Source of the DNA: an uncultured archaeon
Lineage (GTDB): Archaea > Asgardarchaeota > Heimdallarchaeia > Heimdallarchaeales > Heimdallarchaeaceae
Length of the DNA: 64,000 nucleotides
Direction: 5' to 3'
Assembly: GCA_964534625.1 (NCBI GenBank)
Contig: CAZHRF010000010.1
Span: forward strand, 1-64,000
Made by a program: the position numbers and the translations under genes. This document shows, in pieces, positions 48,645 to 58,730 of the stretch (positions within the stretch are counted from its first letter, which is position 1; every line of letters starts with the position of its first letter). The notes beneath the pieces were generated by a model, which was given only the letters and a program-made list of their open reading frames with translations, made no database searches and was not told the origin of the DNA.

Positions 48645-50084
48645 TTACTCGTCCTTTAGATTCTTTTTTCTCTTTTTTACCTTTTGTTTTCTAAGATATA
48701 CTCCTCTATCAATTAGAGCTTTCATTGCTACTATTGTTCGTTCAGGGGCACTCATTGTTGGTATTCCTTGATGATTTAACCATTTAAAAGCATCCAGGTG
48801 CTCCATTCCTACAAAAGAAGTCACCATTGGTTTTGTTGTGTTTTTTGCTACTTCCCATATAGCTTTGGCTACTTTAGCAGGTTCAGCTCTACTTCCAGGA
48901 TTGAATAAGGGACATACTCCATGGACTTCAGGAGATTCAACCAATATCTGAAGTACATCTTTATATCTAATATGATCCGCGTCTCCAATGATATCAACAG
49001 GATTACTTTTACTCCATGTTGAAGGGCAAATTTCATCAATTTTGTCCGTTGTATCGTTAGAAAGTTCAGCGAGTGTTAATTCTATATCAGCACACTTGTC
49101 AGCTGCTATAACAATCACACCCCCTGCATTACTTACCAAAGCCACTTCTTCTCCCTCGGGGGGTAATTGAGTTGAAAATGCTTGTGCAACATCAAACAAT
49201 TCAAACCATTCTTTAGCACGATACACGCCAGCTTGTTTAAAAGCTGCATCATAACTTGAATCGACAGTACTGATTGCTCCCGTATGACTTGAAGCTGCAT
49301 TGGCTCCGTATTGAGTCCTCCCACTCTTAAGAACAACAATCGGAACACGATAAGTTAATTTTTTTGCCTCCTCATAGAAATTGCGCCCATTAGGCATGCT
49401 TTCTACATATAATCCTATACATTTAGTCTTTTCATCATGAGCAAAATAATTCAGTAAAGCTGCATCATCCACGTCAGGTTTATTCCCTATACTTACAAAA
49501 TGAGAATACCCAATCCCAATTTTGTTACTGTGTAAAATTGCGGATATACATAAAGCCCCTGATTGACTCACAAAAGCTATATGACCCTTCTCGGGTGCTT
49601 CGTCGGCAAAAGTCCCATTAAAATTAATATGGGGATTATATATCCCCAGACAATTTGGACCAATTATCCTCAGATTATATCTATGGGCAATGTCAACTAT
49701 TCTTTGCTCCTCCTTTGTTTTTCCTACTTCAGCGAATCCCGCAGTAATAATTACTACAGACTTAACATTTTTTTTTCCACATTCTTCAACAACCCCTTCA
49801 ACATATTTTGGGGGAACAACAATAATTGCTTGATCTACAGGACCCGGAATATCTAAAACAGTTTTATAGGCTTTATATCCCATAATTTGATCTGCTGTAG
49901 GATGAACGGGATAAATTTTTCCTTTAAAACCTATTTTTGTATCTGCTCTTCCCACTTCGCCATGAACTAAATTATCAATCACACGGTTACCTATTTTATT
50001 GGGGGTAGGAGTAGCGCCAATTACTGCAACACTTTCAGGTTCAAAGAAAGCCTTAATATTATCTTCAATTACCAATGAAGTCAC
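48645..50084 (-). CDS. acdA: ADP-forming acyl-CoA synthetase alpha subunit
   Basis: VIGAT, GPNCLG, SQSGA, SHTGA phospho-His, NPVDIIGD. Confidence 0.94.
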   Translation of the reverse strand: MTSLVIEDNIKAFFEPESVAVIGATPTPNKIGNRVIDNLVHGEVGRADTKIGFKGKIYPVHPTADQIMGYKAYKTVLDIPGPVDQAIIVVPPKYVEGVVEECGKKNVKSVVIITAGFAEVGKTKEEQRIVDIAHRYNLRIIGPNCLGIYNPHINFNGTFADEAPEKGHIAFVSQSGALCISAILHSNKIGIGYSHFVSIGNKPDVDDAALLNYFAHDEKTKCIGLYVESMPNGRNFYEEAKKLTYRVPIVVLKSGRTQYGANAASSHTGAISTVDSSYDAAFKQAGVYRAKEWFELFDVAQAFSTQLPPEGEEVALVSNAGGVIVIAADKCADIELTLAELSNDTTDKIDEICPSTWSKSNPVDIIGDADHIRYKDVLQILVESPEVHGVCPLFNPGSRAEPAKVAKAIWEVAKNTTKPMVTSFVGMEHLDAFKWLNHQGIPTMSAPERTIVAMKALIDRGVYLRKQKVKKRKKNLKDE

Positions 50085-50254
50085 CGAATTGAACTATGTA
50101 GGTAGTTTAAAGGCAATATAAAAAATATTCTACTAAACATGATATAGCCAGTCCAAATAAACTCTCAAAGATTAAAGAGAGTGAGGGGGAGGTGAATAAA
50201 CAAAGGTAAATATTCAATTCCATAAGTTTTATATTTTTCTAAATTATCTCTCTC

Positions 50255-52288
50255 TTGAAAAAAATGTCTGAACCTCTAATAATTAAGTTATCTGATGAAC
50301 TTCCAGAATATCCCGAATTTGATGAAGAATATAGAAGAGCACCTGTGAGAAAAGTTGACCCACCATTAACTGAGGATGAGATAACCTTAGCTGTCAAAAA
50401 TGCTTTAAGATATGTTCCTGAATATTTGCATAAACAGTTGGCTCCCGAATTTCTAGAAGAGCTTCTTACAAAAGGCAGAATTTATGGTTATAGATATCGC
50501 CCTAAGGGTAAAATTTATGGCAAGCCAATCAATGAATATAAAGGTATTCAAGAGGCACGGGCTATTCAAGTAATGATTGATAATAATCTTGATTTTGATG
50601 TCGCTCTTTATCCTTATGAACTAGTAACATACGGAGAATCTGGTCAAGTGTGTCAAAATTGGATGCAATATCAATTAATCAAAAAATATCTCCAAATTAT
50701 GAAAGAAGATCAGACGCTTGTAGTTATGTCAGGTCATCCATTGGGTCTTTTTCCTTCAAAAAGAAATGCACCCCGGGTTATTTTCACTAATGGTTTGATG
50801 ATAGGCATGTATGATACATCAGAAGACTTTCATCGAGCTCAAGCTCTAGGAGTAGCTAATTATGGCCAAATGACAGCTGGAGGATGGATGTATATTGGCC
50901 CTCAAGGTATCGTTCATGGTACATATCTTACCTTGTTAAATGCTGGTAGGAAATATCTGAATTTAGGAGCTGAATCTGATTTAACAGGAATAACATATGT
51001 TAGCTCAGGTTTAGGCGGCATGAGTGGAGCCCAAGGTAAAGCAATTGAAATAGCCAATGGAATAGGGATAATAGCTGAAGTGGATTACTCAAGAATAGAA
51101 ACAAGAGAGAAGCAAGGATGGATAACCAAGGTTTCTGCTGATTTGGATGAAGTCTTCAAATGGGTTGAAGAAGCGAAAAAGAAAAAGGAATCTATGTCAA
51201 TAGCATACTATGGTAATATAGTAGATTTATGGCAATATACTGTTGATAATAATATAACAATAGACTTGGCATCGGATCAAACAAGCTGTCATGCAGCATA
51301 TGAAGGGGGATATACACCTGTTGGATTGAGCTTTGAAGAAGGAAGGAAATTGATTGAGAACAATGAAGAAAAATTCAAAGAAAAAGTAGATGAATCATTA
51401 AGAAAACAATATGAATTAATTAAAACAATGACAGAGAGAGGAACAAAATTCTGGGATTATGGTAACTCTTTTCTTAAGGCAGTGTTTGATGCGGGAGTTG
51501 ATGATATAGCAAAGAAAGGCGACCCCAGACATGGATTCGTTTTTCCTTCCTATGTTGAGGATTTGATGGGGCCAATATGTTTTGATTATGGTTATGGTCC
51601 ATTTAGATGGGTATGCCTCAGTGGAAAACCTGAAGACTTAGATAAAACTGACCAATCAGCATTAAAGTACATTAAAGAGATAGAAGAGTCAAGAGAAGTA
51701 AAAAGAGGTCAAGACCATGATAATTATATCTGGATACGTGATGCAAAGAAGAATAAATTAGTGGTGGGAACACAAGCAAGAATACTTTATGCAGATGGTG
51801 AAGGAAGAATAAAAATAGCCTTGAAATTTAATCAAATGGTTAGAAAAGGAGAAATAGGACCAGTAATGCTTGGAAGAGATCACCATGATGTTTCAGGTAC
51901 AGACAGCCCATTTCGCGAAACAGCCAACATACATGATGGGAGTAACATTATGAGTGATATGGCACATGTTGCGTGGGCAGGCAATGCAGCACGAGGTATG
52001 ACAATGTGTGTGCTCAGTAATGGAGGAGGAGTAGGTACTGGGAAAGTAATTAATGGCGGGTTTGGGTTAGTATTAGATGGAAGTGAAAGAGTAGATAATA
52101 TTATTAAAATAGCTCTAGATTGGGATGTTAATTGTGGAATAGCGAGGAGAGCATGGGCTAGAAACCCCCACGCCATTGAAACAGCAAATGAATGGAATAA
52201 AAAGAGCGATGGATATATTTCCATACCTTCAATTCCAAAAGAGGGATTCGTTGAAAAACTAGTGAAAGAGAGATTGGAAAATAAATAA
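50255..52288 (+). CDS. hutU: Urocanate hydratase (long form)
   Basis: ELVTYG, YGQMTAGGWMYIGPQGIVHGT, GLGGMSGAQ, DQTSCH, GPFRW, GRDHHD. Confidence 0.96.
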   Translation: MKKMSEPLIIKLSDELPEYPEFDEEYRRAPVRKVDPPLTEDEITLAVKNALRYVPEYLHKQLAPEFLEELLTKGRIYGYRYRPKGKIYGKPINEYKGIQEARAIQVMIDNNLDFDVALYPYELVTYGESGQVCQNWMQYQLIKKYLQIMKEDQTLVVMSGHPLGLFPSKRNAPRVIFTNGLMIGMYDTSEDFHRAQALGVANYGQMTAGGWMYIGPQGIVHGTYLTLLNAGRKYLNLGAESDLTGITYVSSGLGGMSGAQGKAIEIANGIGIIAEVDYSRIETREKQGWITKVSADLDEVFKWVEEAKKKKESMSIAYYGNIVDLWQYTVDNNITIDLASDQTSCHAAYEGGYTPVGLSFEEGRKLIENNEEKFKEKVDESLRKQYELIKTMTERGTKFWDYGNSFLKAVFDAGVDDIAKKGDPRHGFVFPSYVEDLMGPICFDYGYGPFRWVCLSGKPEDLDKTDQSALKYIKEIEESREVKRGQDHDNYIWIRDAKKNKLVVGTQARILYADGEGRIKIALKFNQMVRKGEIGPVMLGRDHHDVSGTDSPFRETANIHDGSNIMSDMAHVAWAGNAARGMTMCVLSNGGGVGTGKVINGGFGLVLDGSERVDNIIKIALDWDVNCGIARRAWARNPHAIETANEWNKKSDGYISIPSIPKEGFVEKLVKERLENK

Positions 52289-52325
52289 AGTCCAATCTTC
52301 ACTCTTATTTTTTTTATATTAATTT

Positions 52326-52718
52326 TTATGAAAACTTTCCTTTTATCCATTTCAAGGTGCCAAAAAAAACTGCTGCTGTTCCGGATATGATTGATAGTGA
52401 TCTTAAGCCCGCTTTCAAAACAGAATAGTTTATGATAACACGGTTATTAAATAAAGTAAACCAAATATCATCTGAATAATCTAGTGGAATGCCTAAAACT
52501 CTAACTAACAAGGGGTATCTTTCAAAATTAAAGTGAAGTAGACCAAACCATACCCAAGAATAGCTTAGAGAAAATATTACGAGAATACTTAAAAGAAGGA
52601 TCATAACCAGCCAATAAATAGCAACTTCCTTTTTAGATAATATTACTAATACAAAAACTATTCCAAAAAGACAGCATGCAATGAGAATTATTCCAAATAA
52701 AATGTATAAGAGATCCAT
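52326..52718 (-). CDS. Hypothetical small membrane protein
   Basis: 130 aa with about 3 TM segments. Confidence 0.65.
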   Translation of the reverse strand: MDLLYILFGIILIACCLFGIVFVLVILSKKEVAIYWLVMILLLSILVIFSLSYSWVWFGLLHFNFERYPLLVRVLGIPLDYSDDIWFTLFNNRVIINYSVLKAGLRSLSIISGTAAVFFGTLKWIKGKFS

Positions 52719-52995
52719 ATTTACATCAATATATTATTATTCGAATAATTCATAAACATTGTTGCTAACATTTTCACATTAAGATTAGTCCACTAGATTA
52801 AACATAATTTAACATAGGGGTGTTGAAGCATAGAAAAATACAAACACAAATCTTTTTATCTTATTAACTGTCTAAACGCGATTAGTTTTCATACATTGGA
52901 ACTAAAGATACCTTATGAATAAAGATGATTCTTTATTATTTTGATTAAACATGTTGCAAACAGAAAACTTATTTTTAACATAGCGATTTCTCCTT

Positions 52996-54345
52996 ATGAA
53001 AGTTATAATAATTGGACATGGAGCTTCAGGGTGGACTGTAACTTACACATTACGTGTGTGGGATAGAAAGGCAGATATCACAGTTGTTGATGCTAAAGAT
53101 TACGATGTTTATCACCCTTGTGCTTTGCCTTACCCTATTGGAGGAACTCTTGAAGATGAAGAAACCCTTAAAGAGTCAATAGATTATGATAGAATGAAAA
53201 TCAATTTCTTGCGAAAACACAAGGCTTTATCGATCGATCGTAAGAACAAAGTAGTTTCAGTCAAAGATTTAGAAAGCGATGAACAAAAAAATCTCGAATA
53301 TGACCATCTTGTACTTTGTACAGGATCTAAAGCATGGGCACCCCCCATACCTGGGAAAGATGCACCTAATGTTTACAAACTTAAATGGGTAGAAGATGCC
53401 ACAAAAATACGCGAAGCAGCTGAAAAAAATTCAAAAGCAGTTGTAGTTGGAGCATCTGCAATTGGATTAGAAGTAGGTACTGAACTTGCACATAGAGGAA
53501 TTAATACCACAATTGTTGAATTACTGCCTCAAATTTTACCACGGGCATTAGATGATGATATTGCATCTACTGTTCAAGATCACCTTGTTTCAAAATATGA
53601 TAAACTTAAAATTTTAACTGGCGTCTCCGCAAAAGAAATTGTTGTTGAAGATGGAAAAGCTAAAAAAGTTATTACTGACAAAGGCGATTTTGAAGCTGAT
53701 TTTATTGTGATGGCTACGGGTGTACGTCCAGAAGTCACTCTTGCCAAAGAGGCAGGATTAGAAATTGGAGAACGAGGAGGAATTAAAACCGATAAAGAGA
53801 TGGTTACGTCTGATAAAAATATTCTTGCAGCGGGTGATTGTGCAGAAACAGTAGATTTGATAATGAATGAACCTTTACTCCCTTTGTTAGCTACAAGTGG
53901 TGTACGTATGGGTCGTGTTGCAGCGATGACAATAACTAAACCTAATAAGGTCACTTTTCCAGGAACGTTAAATAATTTTGTAGTTCCATTGCATGATCTT
54001 CATGTCGGTTCAATAGGTTTTCCAACCGAGTATCTCAAAGAAAAGGGGTACAAAATAGTGCCAGGAAAAATAAGAACCCATGATAAACCTGAATATATGC
54101 CAGACGCTACAGAATTCTATTTCAAGGTCTTAATAGACAAAAAAACAGGAAAATTTTTAGGAGCACAGGCAGTCGGAGCTTCCCAGGTCACAGATAACTT
54201 GAATGTTATTTCAATGGCTATGCAAAATGACATGACTTTTACAGATGTGCTGGAATCAGACCTATGCTATGCTCCAGCTATAAATGAAACAATTTATCCA
54301 GTTACTAAAGCTATAGAAATTGCTGCAAGAAGATTATTAAGGTAA
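52996..54345 (+). CDS. FAD-dependent NADH oxidase / CoA-disulfide reductase family protein
   Basis: GHGASG FAD loop, single redox Cys (HPCALPY), GASAIGLE, AGD, CYAP. Confidence 0.9.
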   Translation: MKVIIIGHGASGWTVTYTLRVWDRKADITVVDAKDYDVYHPCALPYPIGGTLEDEETLKESIDYDRMKINFLRKHKALSIDRKNKVVSVKDLESDEQKNLEYDHLVLCTGSKAWAPPIPGKDAPNVYKLKWVEDATKIREAAEKNSKAVVVGASAIGLEVGTELAHRGINTTIVELLPQILPRALDDDIASTVQDHLVSKYDKLKILTGVSAKEIVVEDGKAKKVITDKGDFEADFIVMATGVRPEVTLAKEAGLEIGERGGIKTDKEMVTSDKNILAAGDCAETVDLIMNEPLLPLLATSGVRMGRVAAMTITKPNKVTFPGTLNNFVVPLHDLHVGSIGFPTEYLKEKGYKIVPGKIRTHDKPEYMPDATEFYFKVLIDKKTGKFLGAQAVGASQVTDNLNVISMAMQNDMTFTDVLESDLCYAPAINETIYPVTKAIEIAARRLLR

Positions 54346-54559
54346 TTCTTCATCCTTTCTTTTCTATTTTTTTCGTGAAGTGTGACGTTCATCTTATGTG
54401 TTTTTCAGCTCTAAATATTAACCAACAAAAATACTTTTGGTTGTCAACAGAGATGAACTCAAAGGTACATGTCTTCTTTTTTGTCTTTTAAAGTACAACG
54501 TACTATACGTACAATAACGTTTTTATTAGTTATTTGTGATTTTTTATTCGGTAATTATA

Positions 54560-55717
54560 ATGAGTGAAGAAGCTAAAAAAACCCAATTGTGGGAATGGCA
54601 TGAAGATAATGGTGGAACGATGGTAGATTTTGCTGGGTGGTATTTGCCTGTAAAATTTACCGATATAGTCGAAGAGCATATGGCTGTTCGAGATAACATG
54701 GGTATCTTTGATGTTTCTCACATGGGACGTTATGAGATTAAGGGAAAATATGCTACTAAAGCTGTTGAATTATTAGTTCCCCGTAAGATCCGTGCTATGC
54801 CTGAAATGAAATGTGGTTATACATTTTATCTAAATGAAAATGGTGGTTTTAGAGATGACACAATCGTTGGAAAAATTAATGAAGAGCATTATTGGATTGT
54901 ATGTAATGCAGGTAATCTTGAAAAAATCATGGCTTGGGCTAAAATGGTTTGTTTAATGGTTGAAGATATAACAGGCGAACCTCTTGAATTCAAAAATTAT
55001 TCCGCTGAAACAGCTATGTATGCAGTTCAAGGTCCTAATGCCTATAAGATATTAGAACGTCTTGGTGTGGCTGATACTGGTCGTTGGTTGATTGTGAATG
55101 CTGAAGTTGAAGGGATAAAATGTATATTTACGGGTACCGGGTATACAGGGGAATCGGGATTTGAAGTCACAGTATTCGATACAACAGTAGATAAGCCTAT
55201 TAATGCTATTAAAGTTTGGGAAAAGATTTTGGAAGTAGGAGATGATCTAGGATTAGTACCTTGTGGTTTGGGAGCGAGAGATTCATTGCGATTAGAAGCT
55301 GGTTTACCGCTCTATGGTGATGAAATAACGGAAGACATCAACCCTGTTGAAGCAGGTTTAGATCTATCCTTCTTTATGAATTTAGAAAGAGAAGAATACT
55401 TTATTGGTAGAAGTGCAATTGAAGAGATTAAAAAGAAGGGAGTAAACAAAAAAAGAATAGGGTTCATTATGAAAGGAAAAGGCATACCTCGTCACGAATA
55501 TAAAATACTCAATGAAGATGAAGAAGAGATAGGCATTGTTACTAGTGGTGCTTATTCACCATTAAACGAGACAGGAATAGGCATGGGCTATGTTCCTATC
55601 GATTATACTGAACCTAAAACGCCAATAATTATTCAAATTCGTAATAGAAAAGTAGATGCGGAAATAGTAAAAATACCATTCTATGACCCAAGCAAATATG
55701 GCTGGAAAAGAAAATAA
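54560..55717 (+). CDS. gcvT: Glycine cleavage system T protein
   Basis: FAGW.LP, FDVSHMG, QGP, TGYTGESGFE, GLGARDSLRLEAG. Confidence 0.96.
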   Translation: MSEEAKKTQLWEWHEDNGGTMVDFAGWYLPVKFTDIVEEHMAVRDNMGIFDVSHMGRYEIKGKYATKAVELLVPRKIRAMPEMKCGYTFYLNENGGFRDDTIVGKINEEHYWIVCNAGNLEKIMAWAKMVCLMVEDITGEPLEFKNYSAETAMYAVQGPNAYKILERLGVADTGRWLIVNAEVEGIKCIFTGTGYTGESGFEVTVFDTTVDKPINAIKVWEKILEVGDDLGLVPCGLGARDSLRLEAGLPLYGDEITEDINPVEAGLDLSFFMNLEREEYFIGRSAIEEIKKKGVNKKRIGFIMKGKGIPRHEYKILNEDEEEIGIVTSGAYSPLNETGIGMGYVPIDYTEPKTPIIIQIRNRKVDAEIVKIPFYDPSKYGWKRK

Positions 55718-55809
55718 GGTGAAATAACAATAAAACGTAAGTGTATTATACAAACAATATAACTAGAAGCAAAAGCAAATAACCGACCTTTTCTTTTTAT
55801 AATCTTTTT

Positions 55810-56637
55810 TCAACCAATTATTTCTTGTTCTTTTTTAAGCTCTTCAAGATATTTATCAGGATCAGACCAAATGGGTATTTCCCCTTGTATGTGTTCATTT
55901 AGGAAAATAGTTGCGGCAGTATCTACATCAAGTTTTCCGCCTTTTTTGAGTCTATGTCTTTTTTTTGCAAATTTTCGCATAAAATCAACTGGGTCCTCAT
56001 ATTTTATTTCATAAGTTTTTGTAAGAACATCAGGATTTATTTCATCAATTTTGTTAACTAATGCCCAAGCTGCTTTTAAAGCGTCGTCTAATTGTTCGTG
56101 CCTTTTTACGCCTAATAATATCTGTTCGATCATAGGTAATGTAGTGGGAATTACTCCTGGTGTATCAAATATACGTAATCGAGTGGTTATTCGTAATATC
56201 TGCTCTGCTTTTGTATATCCAGGTATAGGAGCAACTGGTGCACTAGATCTACCTTTAAGTACATTCATTAATGAGCTTTTGCCAGTATTGGGTTGTCCAA
56301 TAAAACAAGCAGTAATATAAAAATACTCATCACCTGCTTCTCTGATTATGGTTCTTTTTAGTACAGCTGTACTTAATCTTTTTGTAGCAGAGGTAGTTAA
56401 AACCGTAAAACCCTCATTTTTAATAAGATTTCTCCATTTGTTTACAATATGATCGGGAACTAGATCAACTTTATTCATAACTACAAGTAGCTTCTTTTTA
56501 GGATCACGGGTAACTTTTTTTTCATAGTGTCTATTACGAGAAAGCATAGGAAAACGTGCATCGATAACTTCAACTACAACATCACTTTTTTTAATCATTT
56601 TATTAACTGTACGACTGTAACTTCTTTTTTTAGGCAT
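55810..56637 (-). CDS. Circularly permuted ribosome-biogenesis GTPase (YlqF/RbgA family)
   Basis: DARFP, NKVDL (G4), GQPNTGKSS (G1), GYT, DTPG (G3) in permuted order. Confidence 0.93.
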   Translation of the reverse strand: MPKKRSYSRTVNKMIKKSDVVVEVIDARFPMLSRNRHYEKKVTRDPKKKLLVVMNKVDLVPDHIVNKWRNLIKNEGFTVLTTSATKRLSTAVLKRTIIREAGDEYFYITACFIGQPNTGKSSLMNVLKGRSSAPVAPIPGYTKAEQILRITTRLRIFDTPGVIPTTLPMIEQILLGVKRHEQLDDALKAAWALVNKIDEINPDVLTKTYEIKYEDPVDFMRKFAKKRHRLKKGGKLDVDTAATIFLNEHIQGEIPIWSDPDKYLEELKKEQEIIG

Positions 56638-56657
56638 CTAATCAACTCCAGTATAAT

Positions 56658-56843
56658 TTATTTTTTTGGAGGGCCCAAATCAGGATGATCTGGTTCTTTA
56701 AAGGGAAAATCTGGTGGAGTTGGTTTGCTTGGAAAGGGAAAATCTTTATCTTTGACATATTTTTTAAGAATTCTTTTTAATTGCGATACTTCTTTTTCCA
56801 ATTCTGAAACTCTTTCTTCCAGAGATTTAATCCTATCAGACAT
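56658..56843 (-). CDS. Small coiled-coil protein with Pro-rich tail
   Basis: MSDRIKSLEERVSELEKEV heptads then DFPFPSKPTPPDFPF; start moved to ATG 56843. Confidence 0.65.
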   Translation of the reverse strand: MSDRIKSLEERVSELEKEVSQLKRILKKYVKDKDFPFPSKPTPPDFPFKEPDHPDLGPPKK

Positions 56844-56854
56844 AATTAACCGAG

Positions 56855-56892
56855 TATGATTCTTGTTATAAAACCTATGATTCTTGTTATAA
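56855..56892. repeat. Perfect 17-bp direct repeat (period 21) in a divergent promoter
   Basis: TATGATTCTTGTTATAA at 56855-56871 and 56876-56892. Confidence 0.9.
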
Positions 56893-56894
56893 TA

Positions 56895-57662
56895 ATGAGA
56901 TTTCACGATGCACATTGTCACTTAACAAAAAATTATTTTTATAATAATATTGATAATCTTATAACGGATTGGAAACAACAAGGGTTAGAACAGGTTATTG
57001 GTGTTTCAACAACGATTAGAGAAGCACAAACAGCTATTGAATTACATGAGAGATATCCAGAAATAATACCCGGTATAGGTATTCATCCTTGGAAGGCAAA
57101 GAAACCATTAAACGAAAAAGTAAAAGAAAGTATACAAACTATACTTGATACACATGAAACGTTAGTATTAGGAGAAATTGGTTTAGATTTTCATTTTATT
57201 AAAGAAAAAGAACGCTATAAACATCAGCGAGAGTATTTACATTATTTTCTAGAGTTAGCAGAAAAAAAGCAATTACCTATTAATTTGCATACGAAAGGAG
57301 CAGAACATGAAATAATTGAGATGCTTGAGAGCTACAAATTAAAACCAACTAAGATTCTAATTCATTGGTACTCAGGACCAGAGAACATATTGAAAAAACT
57401 ATCCGATAACGAAGTCTTTTTTACTATTAATCCTTCAGTCTTAACTAATTCAACTCATAAAGAAGTTATTGAAATTGTTAAACTGGATCAGATTCTAACT
57501 GAGTCAGACGGAGATGTAAAATATACAGTTGATGGAAAGAGAATCAAAGGAACACCAGTTTTAGTCCCTAGAATTATTGAAAAGATAGCCAGTATAAAAG
57601 GTAAATCGATTCAAGAGATAACTGAGATATTGCATAATAATTTCTTAAGATATATTTGGTGA
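56895..57662 (+). CDS. tatD: TatD-family nuclease
   Basis: DAHCH, GIHP, GEIGLD, LHT, HW, ESD; start moved to ATG 56895. Confidence 0.93.
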   Translation: MRFHDAHCHLTKNYFYNNIDNLITDWKQQGLEQVIGVSTTIREAQTAIELHERYPEIIPGIGIHPWKAKKPLNEKVKESIQTILDTHETLVLGEIGLDFHFIKEKERYKHQREYLHYFLELAEKKQLPINLHTKGAEHEIIEMLESYKLKPTKILIHWYSGPENILKKLSDNEVFFTINPSVLTNSTHKEVIEIVKLDQILTESDGDVKYTVDGKRIKGTPVLVPRIIEKIASIKGKSIQEITEILHNNFLRYIW

Positions 57663-58696
57663 TATTAATGGTAATTCAATCTTTACAAGAACTATATTTA
57701 CAAAAAGAAAAATATCAATCAGACATTTTTTCTCGTTTAATTGAAAAAACTCCCAAGGTAGCATATCATTTCAACTGTACAGATGGTACATGTTCTGCTG
57801 CAATTATTAGATCTCTATATCCGGATAAAGAACTACTCTTTCTTCCAATTGATCATCCTCTTTTTAATGATACTCAGATTGGTCCTTTAATGAAAGAGAT
57901 TGAATGGTTTGCTATTTTAGACTTACCACCTTTCTCGGATAAAAAATTAGAGATTTATGTTGATCATCATGTCTCTGTAGCAGGACAGCCCATGAGAGCG
58001 GATACAATTCACTTTGTAGCTGGTGCTCCTAGTGCTACAAATCTCCTTTATCTGACATATCAAGAGAGATTGCCTGCATATTTAAAAGAGGTAGCAGAAA
58101 TAACAAAAATTACCGATACAGCTTCTTACAAAATTGCAGCACCTATGGAACTAAAAACCGAATGGGAAGATTACTCGTGGAATGAAAAAGTATGGTTCTT
58201 GGAAGATGCGTGTAAAACAGCATATATAGTTGAAGAACATGATGAATTAATTCAAATTTTAGCTAAGGAAGGGATCAATGGATTATGGAAAAAAACTGTA
58301 CTGGATAGGATTATAGATCTTAGGGAATATAGGAAAGGATCATGGGTAAAAGCAAATGAAATTGAAATAGAAGAGTTCATTATATTAATAGATGATCCGC
58401 TATCATATAATTTGCCATTTATCGCCCATGAACTAATGCACAAAGGAGCAATAGGTACATCTTATCTAACTGTTTATCCAGAAAATGTCAAAATCAGTTT
58501 TAGACTAAATAAGAAACTCTCAGAAAACGAAATTGAGAGGTATAGAACAGATATTTTAGCAAAAAAGATGGGAGGAGGAGGTCACAAACCAGCATCAGGT
58601 GCCCAAGCTCACTCATTAGAATATGCATTAGAAATGATTCAAGAATGGGCAAAAAAAATGGGGTTCAAAACCAAAATTGTTGATTTAAGAAAATAA
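57656..58696 (+). CDS. DHH/DHHA1 phosphoesterase (NrnA/nanoRNase-like)
   Basis: HxxxxDG, ILD, DHH, D, SFR, GGGGH. Confidence 0.88.
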   Translation: MVILMVIQSLQELYLQKEKYQSDIFSRLIEKTPKVAYHFNCTDGTCSAAIIRSLYPDKELLFLPIDHPLFNDTQIGPLMKEIEWFAILDLPPFSDKKLEIYVDHHVSVAGQPMRADTIHFVAGAPSATNLLYLTYQERLPAYLKEVAEITKITDTASYKIAAPMELKTEWEDYSWNEKVWFLEDACKTAYIVEEHDELIQILAKEGINGLWKKTVLDRIIDLREYRKGSWVKANEIEIEEFIILIDDPLSYNLPFIAHELMHKGAIGTSYLTVYPENVKISFRLNKKLSENEIERYRTDILAKKMGGGGHKPASGAQAHSLEYALEMIQEWAKKMGFKTKIVDLRK

Positions 58697-58730
58697 AAAA
58701 AAGAATTTTTTAGATATACTTCCCTATTTT

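Noticed and set aside
51880-52350. 156-aa minus-strand ORF (and the many other 60-130 aa nested or antisense ORFs)
   Set aside because: Almost wholly antisense to or nested in well-supported genes; no motifs
54346-54559. Glycine riboswitch upstream of gcvT
   Set aside because: Conserved GGAGA / GAAG / CTCAGG elements not found; only a weak AT-rich hairpin
56855-56892. CRISPR-like repeat
   Set aside because: Only two 17-bp copies with a 4-bp spacer; no CRISPR array or cas gene seen anywhere in the window
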